NCBI GenBank assembly: GCA_024637035.1
Contig: JAGXFW010000026.1
Coordinates: 181,600-245,599, forward strand
DNA: 64,000 bases
DNA from: Actinomycetes bacterium
Lineage (GTDB): Bacteria; Actinomycetota; Thermoleophilia; RBG-16-64-13
Direction: 5' to 3'
Shown one piece after another: positions 29,444 through 40,248 of the stretch. The notes under the pieces are model-generated. The model did no database searches and was not told the origin of the DNA. It saw nothing but the letters and a program-made list of their open reading frames with translations. The translations under genes were made by a program, and so were the position numbers. Within the stretch, counting starts at the first letter, position 1. Every line of letters starts with the position of its first letter.

Positions 29444-30507
29444 CGCCTTCGAGTCGGCGATTCTCCCCGCGGCTTGGGCCGGTTGCCTTCAGGCACAGCC
29501 AGCGCTGCCACCTCGGTCATGTGTATGCTGCCACCCGAAACCACACACACCACCTTGCCGTAGCCGGCGCCGCCGGCAAGCGCGCAGGCCACCGGGCACG
29601 CGCCGGCGCCTTCCGCGATCACATGATTGCGCTCCGCCATTAGCAAGAGCGCCGCCGCAACCGCGGATACCTCGGCCACCAGGCTCCCCGCGATCACGGG
29701 TCGTGCTCGTTCGAACATCTGGGGGAAGACCGTGGGGCTCCCGATCCCATCGACGAACGAAGATGTGTAGTCGATCTCGACGGGCTTCCCCGCATCGAGT
29801 GCCGCGGCGAGGGGGGCGGCTCCCGCCACCTCGGCCGCGTAGACCTTGATCTCGGGGCGCAGAGCGTGGGCGGCGGCGGCCACGCCGCAGGTGAGGCCGC
29901 CGCCGCCCCAGGGGGTGATGATGGCATCGGCGTCGGGTAGGTCTTCCAGTATCTCGAGTGCGATGGTGCCGTTGCCCGCCATGACCCAGGGGTCGTCGAA
30001 GGCGTGGATGAAGGTGCCTTCCACCCCGGGATAGGCGTGCTCCTCGAAGGCGCGCCACCACTCCTCGAACGGCACCCGGATCACACGGCCGCCCATACGC
30101 TCAACGGCGTCGGTCTTCACTTTGGGGGCCGATTCGGGGGCGACGACCGTGCAGGGGATGCCACGCTCACGTGCCAGCCAGGCGACTCCCTGGGCCATGT
30201 TGCCCGCGGAGGCGGTGACCACGCCGCGGGCGAGTGCCTCGGGCGGTGTCGCGGCCATGACGGCGGCGGCTCCGCGGATCTTGAACGAACCGATGGGCTG
30301 CAGGTTCTCGAGCTTGAGGTAGATCTCGGGGCCGTCGCCGGCCGGTCTGGTGGCGTCCAGGCGCACCAGCGGCGTGCGGATGGCCGACGCGCCGCCGGGC
30401 GGGCCGATGATGGCCAGGCGGGCGGTCTCGATCTCGGCGAGGGTAGGCATGACGGTCGCCGGACCGATCGCCGGGCCGAGGCCACCTGGAGCGGCCGCCC
30501 GACTCAT
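29440..30507 (-). CDS. PLP-dependent threonine/serine dehydratase-family enzyme (fold type II)
   Basis: PLP lysine in SFKIRGAA, plus TASAGNMAQGVA and the glycine-rich GGGGL loop; no C-terminal ACT domain. Confidence 0.75.
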   Translation of the reverse strand: MSRAAAPGGLGPAIGPATVMPTLAEIETARLAIIGPPGGASAIRTPLVRLDATRPAGDGPEIYLKLENLQPIGSFKIRGAAAVMAATPPEALARGVVTASAGNMAQGVAWLARERGIPCTVVAPESAPKVKTDAVERMGGRVIRVPFEEWWRAFEEHAYPGVEGTFIHAFDDPWVMAGNGTIALEILEDLPDADAIITPWGGGGLTCGVAAAAHALRPEIKVYAAEVAGAAPLAAALDAGKPVEIDYTSSFVDGIGSPTVFPQMFERARPVIAGSLVAEVSAVAAALLLMAERNHVIAEGAGACPVACALAGGAGYGKVVCVVSGGSIHMTEVAALAVPEGNRPKPRGESPTRRR

Positions 30508-31484
30508 CGCTTCACCAGCGTGCCGACGCCCCGATCACGCGCCAAGGCATAGACGTGTGCGGCCGCGGCCACGTCCTCCACCGCGATGCCCAAGGACTTG
30601 AACAGGGTGATCTGGTCAGACGAGGTCCTTCCCGGCCGCAGACCGGCCACCACCTCACCGATGGTCCCCCGGACATGCTCCGGCCCTATCGCCCCGGAGG
30701 CCACGGCCGAGCGGTACTCGGCCGACTCGTTCTCGGCGGCGGTGCGATCGTCGAGGAAGAGCGCGGAACGGGCCATGGCATCGTCGTCGACCTCGCAGGC
30801 GCCGGGCCCTCCGATCACGTTCACATGGGCGCCGGGTGCAAGCCAAGCGCCCTCGACGACCGGGGAGGTAGCCGTGGTCGCCACCACCACGAGATCGGCG
30901 TGCCGCACCGCCTGCTCCACACTGTCGACCGCGGTGATGGGAAAGGAGAAACGCGGACCATGCTCCTCGGCGAAGCGGCGGGCGGTCTCGCCGGTGCGCG
31001 AGGCCACACGCACGCTGCGCAGGTCGCGCACGGCGGCCATCGCATCCAGATGGTAGGCGGCCTGCACGCCCGCACCCACCAGGGCCAGGTCACCGGCGTC
31101 CTCACGCGCCAGCAGCCGGGTGGCCAGGGCCGAGACGGCCGCCGTACGGATGCCGGTGAGAGCCGATGCGTTGACCAGGGCCAGATTCTCGCCCGTCTCG
31201 GGGCTCATGAGCAAGACAGCGCCCTGGTGCGAGTCGATACCGAGTTCCCGGTTTCCTGGGAACACGCTGATCACCTTGATCCCGTAGGCGGGAGCGCGGC
31301 CGCCCAGAAAAGCGGGCATGAGACCCATGAGGCCGGCGGCCTTCTCCGGAGCCACCACCGACCGGAGCGGCATGTGGCAGTCGCCGCGGGCCAGGGCGAT
31401 GAAGGCCTCCTCCATCACGGGGATGCAGTCCTCGATCGAGAGCAATCCCTCAACATCTGCGTCGCCGAGCACGAGCAACTCCAC
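30504..31484 (-). CDS. Ornithine cyclodeaminase / mu-crystallin family protein
   Basis: N-terminal dimerisation region, Rossmann GAGVQAAYHLDAMAAV; family contains OCD, pyrroline-2-carboxylate reductases and SbnB-like enzymes. Confidence 0.8.
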   Translation of the reverse strand: MELLVLGDADVEGLLSIEDCIPVMEEAFIALARGDCHMPLRSVVAPEKAAGLMGLMPAFLGGRAPAYGIKVISVFPGNRELGIDSHQGAVLLMSPETGENLALVNASALTGIRTAAVSALATRLLAREDAGDLALVGAGVQAAYHLDAMAAVRDLRSVRVASRTGETARRFAEEHGPRFSFPITAVDSVEQAVRHADLVVVATTATSPVVEGAWLAPGAHVNVIGGPGACEVDDDAMARSALFLDDRTAAENESAEYRSAVASGAIGPEHVRGTIGEVVAGLRPGRTSSDQITLFKSLGIAVEDVAAAAHVYALARDRGVGTLVKR

Positions 31485-31496
31485 GGGAGCCTCCTT

Positions 31497-32489
31497 TCAG
31501 CGCACCTCAGAGGGGCCGAAGTATCCGCCGATCCGGCGCCATTCGTCGTCGGTCAGATCGAGTTCGAGCGCACGCAGGGCCGGCTCGAGCTGATCCGGGC
31601 GCCGCGGACCCACGATCGGCGCGGTGACACGCGGGTGTCGCACGACCCAAGCCAACGTCAGCGTCGCCATATCGACGCCCCGCTCCGCCGCGTGGGCGCG
31701 GAGCGCGTCGAGGGCATCGTGCACCCGCTCATTCAGATAGCCTCCGTAAGGCTCGGGGCGCAGGGTCATTCGCGAGCCCTCGGGGAACGGCTCGCCCCGG
31801 CCGTACTTGCCGGTGAGCCATCCTCCGGCCAGGGGACTGAACGGCGTGTAGCCCAATCCTTGGTCGGCCAGGAGGGGGAACAGCTCGGCCTCGTCGTTCC
31901 GCTCGAGCAGGCTGAACGAGTTCTGCACCCACTCGAAGCGAGCCCAGCCGTGCTTGTCGCTGAGCCAGAGCGCTTTCGCGGTGAGCCAGGCGGGCATGTT
32001 GGAAGCCCCGATGTAGCGCACTTTGCCCTGTCGCACCAGGTCGTCCAGCGCCCAGAGGGTCTCATCCAACGGCGTCGTGGGGTCGGGTTCGTGGATCAGA
32101 TAGAGATCGAAGTGTTCGGCGCCCAGGCGCCGCAGGCTGGCCTCCACCTGCCGCATGATGTGCCGCCGGGAGAGCCCCCAGTCGTTGGGACCTTCGCCCA
32201 CCGGATTGAACACCTTGGAGCTCAGGAGCAGCTGATCGCGTGCAGCCGGGCCCTTCCGCGCGAGCCAGCGACCGATCATCTCCTCGCTGCGCCCACCGCC
32301 GTAGGCGTCGGCCGTATCGAACACGTTGACACCGGCCTCGAAGGCGGCGTCCATGAGCGCGCCCGCCTGCTCCTCAGTCTCACCCTGTCCGAAGAAGGCC
32401 GGGGAACTGCCGATGCCTCCGAAGTTGCCACAGCCCAGTATCACCGAGGAGACCTTGACCCCCGTGCGTCCCAATCTCACGTACCGCAT
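31497..32489 (-). CDS. Aldo/keto reductase
   Basis: MRYVRLGRTGVKVSSVILGCGNFGG...DTADAYGGGRSEE; start set at the internal M (32489); the ORF-track N-terminal extension is Arg-rich junk. Confidence 0.8.
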   Translation of the reverse strand: MRYVRLGRTGVKVSSVILGCGNFGGIGSSPAFFGQGETEEQAGALMDAAFEAGVNVFDTADAYGGGRSEEMIGRWLARKGPAARDQLLLSSKVFNPVGEGPNDWGLSRRHIMRQVEASLRRLGAEHFDLYLIHEPDPTTPLDETLWALDDLVRQGKVRYIGASNMPAWLTAKALWLSDKHGWARFEWVQNSFSLLERNDEAELFPLLADQGLGYTPFSPLAGGWLTGKYGRGEPFPEGSRMTLRPEPYGGYLNERVHDALDALRAHAAERGVDMATLTLAWVVRHPRVTAPIVGPRRPDQLEPALRALELDLTDDEWRRIGGYFGPSEVR

Positions 32490-32496
32490 GTCCACT

Positions 32497-33300
32497 CTAC
32501 GTTCGCCCCGCTTTCTCGGCGGACGTCGGCGGACACGGCTTGAACGCGACGAGTCCTGTGCCCAACAGCTCCTCCTTGGAGCGCCGAACATGATCCAGCG
32601 CCGTCCGATTGGCTGCCTCCGGGTCGCGCGCCTCGATGGCGTCGAAGATAGCCTGGTGATCCACCACCACGCGCGCGACGCGCGAGGGGAGCGCCATGAT
32701 GGCTCGACGCGCGTCGAGCACGTGATCTTCAAGGTCGTTCAGGATCTGGGCGATGATCTGGTTGCCACCGACCTCGCGAATGATCCTGTGGAACTCGGAA
32801 TCCGCTGCCACCAGGGCTTCGTGATCCTGAGCCTCCACTGCCGCCTTCATCGCGGTGAGAGCGGACTCGAGCCGGCCCACGCCCCGGTCGGTGACGTGTG
32901 TCGCCGCAAGTTCGGCCACCTTCACCTCCAGCGCCTCATGCACTTCGAGCACCCGCACCACTTCCTGACGATGACCGAGGAGCCAGTGGAACCAATCGTC
33001 GGAGAGGGTGGTCACCGGCCGCTCGGCGACGTATGTGCCGCGCCCGGGTGCTACGCGCAGCACTCCCATGGTCTCCAAGGTGCGGATGGCTTCGCGCAGC
33101 GACGTGCGACTGACCGACAGCAACTCCATCAACTCGCGTTCGGGCGGCAATCTGACCCCCGGGGCCAGACTGCCATCGGAAACGAGTTTCTGGATCTGTT
33201 CCATGGCCCCGTCCGAGAGCCGGCGAGGCTTGACCGGCTTGAAGATCTTGTTCACAAGCACTGCTCCCGATCGGCGGCTTCTAGACCAGCGCTGCGTCAA
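32497..33300 (-). CDS. GntR-family transcriptional regulator (FadR/FCD subfamily)
   Basis: Winged HTH LPPERELMELLSVSRTSLREAIRTLETMGVL followed by a helical FCD domain. Confidence 0.8.
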   Translation of the reverse strand: MTQRWSRSRRSGAVLVNKIFKPVKPRRLSDGAMEQIQKLVSDGSLAPGVRLPPERELMELLSVSRTSLREAIRTLETMGVLRVAPGRGTYVAERPVTTLSDDWFHWLLGHRQEVVRVLEVHEALEVKVAELAATHVTDRGVGRLESALTAMKAAVEAQDHEALVAADSEFHRIIREVGGNQIIAQILNDLEDHVLDARRAIMALPSRVARVVVDHQAIFDAIEARDPEAANRTALDHVRRSKEELLGTGLVAFKPCPPTSAEKAGRT

Positions 33301-35954
33301 CCCCCCAAGTAGGCTTCCCTGATCGCAGCGTCGCCCGCTAGATTGCAGGCTTCATCGGCAGCGACGATCCGGCCCGTTTGGAGCACATAACCTCTGTGCG
33401 CGATGTTCAGAGCCATACTGGCGTTCTGCTCCACCATGAAGATGGTGGTGCCCAAGTCCTGGTTGATCTTCTGGATGATCTGGAACACCTGCTGCACGAG
33501 GATGGGCGAGAGTCCCATAGAAGGCTCGTCCAGGCAGAGTAGACGCGGCTCTGTCATGAGCGCCCGCCCGATGGCCAGCATCTGCTGCTCGCCACCTGAT
33601 AGCGTAGCCGCCTTCTGGTCCCGGCGTTCGTGCAGGATGGGGAACTGCTCGAACGCCCGCTCGATGCCCCGCTTGATCATGGCCTGATCGTTGGTGGTGT
33701 AGCCGCCGATCTTCAGATTGTCCAGCACGGAGAGCAGCGGGAACACCCGCCTGCCCTCAGGCACCAACGCGACGCCACTCGAGACGATGCGCCCTGTGGG
33801 CCACGCTTCGATGCGCTGACCATCGAACTCGATGGTGCCGGCGCTGGCGCGGACGTTGCCCATGATGGTCTTGATCGTCGTGCTCTTCCCGGCTGCGTTG
33901 GCTCCCAATAGCGTGACTATCTCGCCCGAGTAGACGTCGAGGTCCAAACCCTTCAGCACACTGATGGGACCGTAGCCTGCCTCGACGCCTTTGAGGCTGA
34001 GCAGGGGCGAGCCTGAGACGAGCGAAGGCTTGGAGGCCACCTCGCAATCCTCCTGCTCGCCCAGATAGGCGGCGATGACTTTGGGATGTTCCTGCATCTC
34101 CTTCGGAGTGCCTTCCGCCAGCACCTGCCCCTTGTTCACCACCACGATGCGGTCGGAAACGTTCATGACCACCGGCATCTGGTGCTCGACCAGTATCACG
34201 GTGTAGCCGCTGTCGCGGAGCTCCCTGATCTGGCGCGTGATCTCGCCCACTTCCGAGGGATTCATCCCGGCTGCGGGCTCGTCGAGCAACAGCAGGTTGG
34301 GTCGGAGGGTCATGGCGCGCGCGATCTCTACCCGCCGGCGGTCGGCGTAGCTGAGGGCTGTCACATAGTCGTCCTTGCGTTCGGCGACCGCGCGGTTGAA
34401 AAACGTCAGATTGCGGATGCCTTCCGCCTCGGCGACACCCTCCTCCCGATTGACGGCGCGAGTTCGAGCAATCGACCGAAAGATGCCGGCCTTGAGCCAG
34501 GGGTGAGCCCCCGCCATGACGTTGTCCAGGACGGAGAGCTGCGGAAATATGCGGATGTTCTGAAAGGTCCGCGCCAGACCGCGCGAAGCGATGCGATCGG
34601 GCGAGTTGCCCGTCAGGTCGTCGTCGCGGTAGGTGACCGTGCCGCTGTCGGGCTTGTAGATGCCGGTGATCAGGTTGAAGAGCGTGGTCTTGCCCGCGCC
34701 GTTCGGCCCGATGACTCCGAGGATCTCGCCTTCGCGGACCTCGAGTGTCACGTCGTCGACGGCAACGACCCCACCGAAGCTCTTGCTGAGACCCTTCACC
34801 GAAAGGAGCACGTCGCCGATCTTTGGCGCGTGGCTCTGGTTCGTGTCCTCACGCGCCGGGGTGATCGAAGGCGCGCCCCCACCTTCCGATGTGGACGAGA
34901 TACCCGGCGGCGGCGCACCCATGGCCTCGTCGATCGAGGTCCTACTCTTCCGCGCCCTGGCGCGCAACAAGCCCTGGGGCAACAGGACGATGACCACGAG
35001 GAGGATCAGACTCAGGATGGCCATGCGCCACTGGACCAGACTGGGGAAGTATCGCAAGAACTCCCCGAGGAACGTGTAGACCACGGCGCCCACAACGACA
35101 CCCACTGGGTTGCCCGAACCGCCCAGGATGATGATCAGGTAGACCGATACGAGCTCGTCGAGGCTGAAGTTCTTGTCGAAGACGCCCGCCTGGAACGCGG
35201 CGAGCAGCGCACCGGCAAGACCGATGATCGCCGCGGTCGTCAGAAACGAGAACACCCGGTAGCGGGGCAGGTTCACGCCCATGCTCGAAGCCGTGATCTC
35301 GTCGTCGCGGATGCCGGCCCAAGCTCGGCCGGTGCGGGAGTACAGCAGGCGCACCGAGATGAAGAGGACCGCCGCTGCGAAGATCCAATAGAAGTAGTAG
35401 TACTGTATCGGGCTCTTGATGGTGAGCCCGAACAACGCCGGCCGGGCTACGCCGGAGATGCCGTCCGGCCCGTTGGTGAGACCGTCCAGATTGAGTATCA
35501 GGCGCTGCACGATGTAGAAGAAGCCCAGGGTCACGATGGCAAGGTAGTCTCCGCGCACCCGCAGACTGGGGATCCCGATGACGGCGCCGAAGATGACGGC
35601 GACAAGCACGCAGATGGGCAGCGAAGGCCAGAATCCCAGGTGGATGCCGAGTTGGGCCGAGTTCAGAACCGCATAGGTGTAGGCCCCGATAGCGTAGAAG
35701 GCGATGAACCCCATATCGAGCAGGCCCGTGATGCCCGCGAGGATGTTGAGGCCGTTGCCCAGGATGACGTAGATGGCCACGGTCACCCCGACCCGGGTCC
35801 AGTAACTATTCTGGACCAGGAGGGGGAAGACGACGACAGCGAGAGCGAAGATGGCAAAGCGGAACTGGATCGGGATCCGGGAGGTCACCCGGGTGACCGG
35901 AGCGAGGCCGTGGGCCAGGAAGCCGCCGGCGCGCGTCTTGAACGATTCGGCCAT
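33297..35954 (-). CDS. Fused branched-chain-amino-acid-type ABC transporter: permease (LivM-like) + ATPase (LivG-like) + ATPase (LivF-like)
   Basis: N-terminal 8-9 TM permease, then two complete nucleotide-binding domains (Walker [13 protein letters not shown] and [12 protein letters not shown]; signature LSGGEQQML; Walker [11 protein letters not shown] and LLCLDEP). Confidence 0.8.
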   Translation of the reverse strand: MAESFKTRAGGFLAHGLAPVTRVTSRIPIQFRFAIFALAVVVFPLLVQNSYWTRVGVTVAIYVILGNGLNILAGITGLLDMGFIAFYAIGAYTYAVLNSAQLGIHLGFWPSLPICVLVAVIFGAVIGIPSLRVRGDYLAIVTLGFFYIVQRLILNLDGLTNGPDGISGVARPALFGLTIKSPIQYYYFYWIFAAAVLFISVRLLYSRTGRAWAGIRDDEITASSMGVNLPRYRVFSFLTTAAIIGLAGALLAAFQAGVFDKNFSLDELVSVYLIIILGGSGNPVGVVVGAVVYTFLGEFLRYFPSLVQWRMAILSLILLVVIVLLPQGLLRARARKSRTSIDEAMGAPPPGISSTSEGGGAPSITPAREDTNQSHAPKIGDVLLSVKGLSKSFGGVVAVDDVTLEVREGEILGVIGPNGAGKTTLFNLITGIYKPDSGTVTYRDDDLTGNSPDRIASRGLARTFQNIRIFPQLSVLDNVMAGAHPWLKAGIFRSIARTRAVNREEGVAEAEGIRNLTFFNRAVAERKDDYVTALSYADRRRVEIARAMTLRPNLLLLDEPAAGMNPSEVGEITRQIRELRDSGYTVILVEHQMPVVMNVSDRIVVVNKGQVLAEGTPKEMQEHPKVIAAYLGEQEDCEVASKPSLVSGSPLLSLKGVEAGYGPISVLKGLDLDVYSGEIVTLLGANAAGKSTTIKTIMGNVRASAGTIEFDGQRIEAWPTGRIVSSGVALVPEGRRVFPLLSVLDNLKIGGYTTNDQAMIKRGIERAFEQFPILHERRDQKAATLSGGEQQMLAIGRALMTEPRLLCLDEPSMGLSPILVQQVFQIIQKINQDLGTTIFMVEQNASMALNIAHRGYVLQTGRIVAADEACNLAGDAAIREAYLGG

Positions 35955-35964
35955 GACTGCTCCC

Positions 35965-36873
35965 TCAGACCTTCACTGGGATCTGCTTACCCAGCAGTCC
36001 GGCGGGTCGGAACAGGAGCAGGACGATGAGTAACCCGAATGCGATGACGTCTCTGTAGGCATACGAGATATACGTGGCCCCTAGAGTCTCGGCGCTGGCC
36101 AGGATCAGCGCGCCCAGCACTGCGCCCCGCAAGTTACCGATGCCGCCCAAGACTGCTGCCGTGAATGCCTTCATGCCGAGGCCGAAGCCCATGGCGAAGT
36201 CCACCTGAGTGTAGTACAGACCTGTCAGCACACCCCCGATGCCGGCCAACATGGCGCCAACCAGGAATGTGGCCGAGATGATGCGGTTGACCGAGATACC
36301 CATGTAGGAAGCGGCTTCGCGGTCCTGGGCAGTGGCCCGCATGGCCTTGCCCATCTTGCTGCGCCCCATGAAGATCTCGAGGCCGATGAGGGTGATGATC
36401 GTCACCACCACGACCACGACCCGGCTCGCCGAGACGGTCACGTCGCCGATGTGCAGGGCCCAGGAATCCGGAAGCAGCAGATCGGTGCGAACGGGGCGGG
36501 CGCGGAACTTGGTGAGCACCCCCACGACGTTCCGCAGAAGGATGGACATGGCAAGCGCGCTGATGAGCGGAGCCAGACGCGCCGCGTTGCGCAAGGGCCG
36601 ATAGGCGAAGAACTCGATGCTCACGGCGAGCGCGCCACATACGGCCATCGCAATAACCAGCATCATGGCGATGATGAGGATGGGGTTCGCCGTGAGCTGA
36701 TCGCCCTGCAGGAACTGTTGCTGGACGAGGTATCCCACGAAACCCCCGATCATGAAGACCTCGCCATGGGCGAAGTTCAGCATGGTCAGGATGCCGTACA
36801 CCATGGAATAACCCAGGGCGAACAGTGCGTACACAGAGCCGAGTGTAAGCGCATTGACGACTTGTTGAGTCAT
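35965..36873 (-). CDS. livH: Branched-chain amino acid ABC transporter permease (LivH-like)
   Basis: 302-aa polytopic protein with LivH-type motifs (FAHGEVFMIGGF...; GIGNLRGAVLGALIL). Confidence 0.85.
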   Translation of the reverse strand: MTQQVVNALTLGSVYALFALGYSMVYGILTMLNFAHGEVFMIGGFVGYLVQQQFLQGDQLTANPILIIAMMLVIAMAVCGALAVSIEFFAYRPLRNAARLAPLISALAMSILLRNVVGVLTKFRARPVRTDLLLPDSWALHIGDVTVSASRVVVVVVTIITLIGLEIFMGRSKMGKAMRATAQDREAASYMGISVNRIISATFLVGAMLAGIGGVLTGLYYTQVDFAMGFGLGMKAFTAAVLGGIGNLRGAVLGALILASAETLGATYISYAYRDVIAFGLLIVLLLFRPAGLLGKQIPVKV

Positions 36874-37020
36874 GTGTGAACTGTCCTCCCCCAGATCGAG
36901 ATGGTTGGTTCCGCCAGCTCGGCGGCCGCGACCTGCGTGGGAAGCACGCCGCGTTCCCCCGCCGATCCCAGCCGGGGCGGCGGCGCCGCCCCGGCTGGGA
37001 CTACTACAAGTTGACCCGCC

Positions 37021-38304
37021 TTACGGCAGGGTCACCATCTTCACCGGAACGAAATCGCTGCCCTTCACCTGAAGGACGGTGATCCCACCGCCCACCAAGT
37101 CACCCTCAGGGGTGAACGCGATGGGGAATCCGAGGATGCCGGTGTAGTTCGAAGCGCTGAGGGCAGCGTTGACGGCCGCGCGGTCGATCTTGCCGTCCAC
37201 GACGCCTACGGACTTGATGGCCTCGAGCAGCACGTTGGTCGCCTCATACGACTGGGCGGTGAACGCGCTCGTCACTTGGTACTTGGCGATGTACTTGTCG
37301 AGGAACGGCTTGGCCGAATCCAAGGTCTCGGGCAGAGGGCCGAGAACGGTGGAGTACATCCCTTCGGTCGCGCCGCCGGCTGCCGTCATGAGTTCGCCGT
37401 CGTGGGTGCCGTCGGCTCCCATCATCTGGACCTGGAAGCCCATGCTCTTCATCTGCTTCGCGATGGCCGCGGCCTGAGGCGGATTGGGAAGGGGGACGAA
37501 CAGGACGGTGGGATTCATCTCCTTGACCTGCGTCAACACGGTCGCGAAGTCTTTGTCGGAGCCCGCGATCTGGGCACGCTTGACTGTCACGCCGCCGGCC
37601 GTCAAAGCTTCCTCGGCTTGATCGGCCAGGCCCTTGGCGTAGGCCTCACCGTCATCGATGATGAACACGCTCTCGGCCTTGAGGTCGTCGATCATGAACT
37701 TGGCGATCGAGGGACCCTGCACGCCGTCGCTCGGGCAGATGCGGTGGAACGACGAGAAGCCGAGCGTGGAGAGATTGACGTTGGTGGCCGACTGGGTGAT
37801 CAGGGCCACGTTCGCGTCGCTGAGGATCGGCAGCGCCGCCTGGACCGCGCCGCTGGTCATCGGGCCTACGACTCCCACGACCGATTCGTCAGAGGCGAAC
37901 TTCTCGGCGATCGTCGCGGCTTTGGCCGGATCGGCACCGTCGTCGCCTACTTCGACCGTGAACGTCACGCCCGGCATCGCGCCGGAAGCATTGAAGTCAT
38001 CAACAGCCATTTGGACGGCCTGGAGTGCGTCTGTGCCGATCTTGGCAAGGTCGCCCGTGAACGGGCCTGCCCCACCGATTTTGAAAGTGTATTCCTCCGT
38101 CGGCGCCGCGGTCGTGTCCGTCGAAGCTGCTGTGGTGCCGGTCGCGTCTGCTGTGGTGGTGGTCGTGTCGCCGCAGGCCGTGAGCGCGAGCCCAACGACC
38201 ATCAGGAGCGCCAGTACTGCCACCAGGTTCTTTGATACTTTCACTGCGTGTACCCCCTCGTCCGTGAACACATCAGGTGTTAGGAATTGTCGATATTCAA
38301 CCAT
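37021..38304 (-). CDS. ABC transporter substrate-binding lipoprotein (LivJ/LivK-like, branched-chain amino acid type)
   Basis: Lipobox LTACG, Thr-rich linker, then type-I periplasmic binding fold (KIGGAGPFTGDLAKIG...); start may be the GTG near 38238. Confidence 0.8.
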   Translation of the reverse strand: MVEYRQFLTPDVFTDEGVHAVKVSKNLVAVLALLMVVGLALTACGDTTTTTADATGTTAASTDTTAAPTEEYTFKIGGAGPFTGDLAKIGTDALQAVQMAVDDFNASGAMPGVTFTVEVGDDGADPAKAATIAEKFASDESVVGVVGPMTSGAVQAALPILSDANVALITQSATNVNLSTLGFSSFHRICPSDGVQGPSIAKFMIDDLKAESVFIIDDGEAYAKGLADQAEEALTAGGVTVKRAQIAGSDKDFATVLTQVKEMNPTVLFVPLPNPPQAAAIAKQMKSMGFQVQMMGADGTHDGELMTAAGGATEGMYSTVLGPLPETLDSAKPFLDKYIAKYQVTSAFTAQSYEATNVLLEAIKSVGVVDGKIDRAAVNAALSASNYTGILGFPIAFTPEGDLVGGGITVLQVKGSDFVPVKMVTLP

Positions 38305-38402
38305 CCCCGGCGTCCCTAGATGCTCGGCCCTCCCTTCCTCGCGAAGCCCGAATCGCCGCCCTGACTCTCACGCTGCGCCTTTCTGGAGTCGTGCATCGTG
38401 CA

Positions 38403-38789
38403 CTACCCGGCCAAGCGACAGACAGCGGAGATCTCCACCAGGGCGTCCTTGGGCAGACGAGCCACCTGCACGGTCTCCCGCGCCGGGGGTTCCCCGGGGA
38501 AGAAGCGGCCGTACACTTCGTTGAAGATCGGAAAATCGTTCATGTCGGCCAGGAAACAGGAGGTCTTGACCACGTGGGCCAAAGTACCTCCGGCCGCCTC
38601 GACCACCGCCGCCAGGTTGTGGAGCACGCGGTCGGTCTGCTCCATGATGCCACCCGCCACCAGTGAACCCGTCGCCGGATCGAGCGGTATCTGTCCGCTC
38701 ACGAACAGAAGACTGCCCGAGCGAACAGCCTGCGAGTACGGTCCGATCGCGGCCGGCGCACGATCCGTATGGATGATCTCTTTGCTCAA
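38403..38789 (-). CDS. ridA: RidA (YjgF/TdcF) reactive enamine/imine deaminase
   Basis: APAAIGPYSQAV...PARETVQVARLP; 128 aa; typical chorismate-mutase-like RidA motifs. Confidence 0.85.
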   Translation of the reverse strand: MSKEIIHTDRAPAAIGPYSQAVRSGSLLFVSGQIPLDPATGSLVAGGIMEQTDRVLHNLAAVVEAAGGTLAHVVKTSCFLADMNDFPIFNEVYGRFFPGEPPARETVQVARLPKDALVEISAVCRLAG

Positions 38790-40039
38790 GCTGACAGATC
38801 CTCCTCGAAGACGGCCTTCAAAGCATCCAGAGCCAGGTCCACGTCGTCAAGCGTGTTGTAGAAATGCGGAGCCAGGCGGATCACCGGGCCCCTCGCGGCC
38901 GCCAGGATCCCGCGCTTGAGCAGGAGGGCCTCCACGCGGTGAGATTCGCCCTCAGGGCACACGAAGGCGGTGCTCGGAGTCTTGCGCCCCGGGTCATCGA
39001 TGCCGTGGAGTCGGAAACCCCGGGCCCGACCACCTTCGATGAGGCGTCGAGTGAGGTGCTCGGTCCAGGCGGCGATCGCGTCCACGCCGATCTCGTTGAT
39101 CACGGCCATGCCGGCCCGAGAGATATAGGCGTTGATCACGGGGGGTGTTCCCGTGTCGAAGCGGGCAGCCGTGGGCGCCCAGTCCAGCCCCCGCACGTCG
39201 AACGCGAACGGGTTTGCTCGTCCGAACCAGCCGGTCACGGCCGGTTTCAGATGTTCAACCAGGCCGGGGCGCACGTAGAGGAAGGCGATGCCAGGCACAC
39301 CCAGCAAGAACTTCAAGTTGCCCGAGGCCAGGATGTCGATGTCCATAGCCTGCACATCGACCTTGGTGACGCCCAGACTCTGATAGGCGTCGACATACAG
39401 CAGGGCTCCTTTTTCATGAGCCTTGCGGGCGATCGCGGCGACATCCTGTACGTAGCCATTCTGGTAGTACGCATGACAGGCGGACACCAGGAGCGTCCGC
39501 TCGTCGATGACTCCGTCGTAGTCTTCCGTGTAGACGATGTCGTCGCGGACGGGCACCCAGTCGAGCTCGAGTCCGTATTTGGCGTGCGCCTGCCACACGT
39601 GAGCCACGGAGGGGAACTCCGCTTCGGTCGTGACCACCCTTCGCCGCTCACCGCTGAGGTCGAGCGCGCTCGCAAGGCTGGCGGTGGCCTCACTCACCGA
39701 GCTGGAGACGGCGATGTCGTCGGGCGAGGCGTTGATGAGCCGGGCGAACTCGACTTTGGCCTTGTAGGTCTCAGCCATCCACGCGTCCCAATCCATGCCG
39801 GCCTTGTTCCACGAGTCCAGATAAGCTTCGGCTGCCTCTCGCGTCACGTCGAGCTGGGGAGCCTGGGAACAGTTGTTCATCAGCACCAGGGACTTGAGAA
39901 GAGGGATGCGGCGACGCCAGGCGGCGATGTCGTACGCGGGCTGGGCGTTCGGAGAGCTTTCCACGACGTCCGTGCGATCGGCGACCATGGGGTCGGCGTC
40001 CACGCGCTCGGCGTGGGTGTGACCGGTGACCGCGCTCAC
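38786..40039 (-). CDS. Aminotransferase class V-fold PLP-dependent enzyme
   Basis: IPLLKSLVLMNNCSQAP N-terminal region and SGNLKFLLGVPGIAFL (SGHK-like PLP-Lys region); exact subfamily unclear. Confidence 0.6.
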   Translation of the reverse strand: MSAVTGHTHAERVDADPMVADRTDVVESSPNAQPAYDIAAWRRRIPLLKSLVLMNNCSQAPQLDVTREAAEAYLDSWNKAGMDWDAWMAETYKAKVEFARLINASPDDIAVSSSVSEATASLASALDLSGERRRVVTTEAEFPSVAHVWQAHAKYGLELDWVPVRDDIVYTEDYDGVIDERTLLVSACHAYYQNGYVQDVAAIARKAHEKGALLYVDAYQSLGVTKVDVQAMDIDILASGNLKFLLGVPGIAFLYVRPGLVEHLKPAVTGWFGRANPFAFDVRGLDWAPTAARFDTGTPPVINAYISRAGMAVINEIGVDAIAAWTEHLTRRLIEGGRARGFRLHGIDDPGRKTPSTAFVCPEGESHRVEALLLKRGILAAARGPVIRLAPHFYNTLDDVDLALDALKAVFEEDLSA

Positions 40040-40248
40040 CCGCTGATCCGCCCTATCCCCACGACGTGCCCCCCCTGACTGGATTCAATGATGAGATCTT
40101 CTCGCCGCCGAACCCACCCTGCGATTCTCTTCCGGCAGAGCAACGAACACCGCCGCTCGTGGTAGACAGATTGGACCGCAGCATACGACAGCGACGAAAC
40201 CCTGTCAACGCGCTCCTGTACGGGGTCCAGTGAGTTCCGACCGCCCGT

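Noticed and set aside
34086-36029. 647-aa plus-strand ORF
   Set aside because: Antisense to the LivMGF fusion and livH; composition (H/R/D/E/G-rich, no hydrophobic core) indicates it is non-coding.
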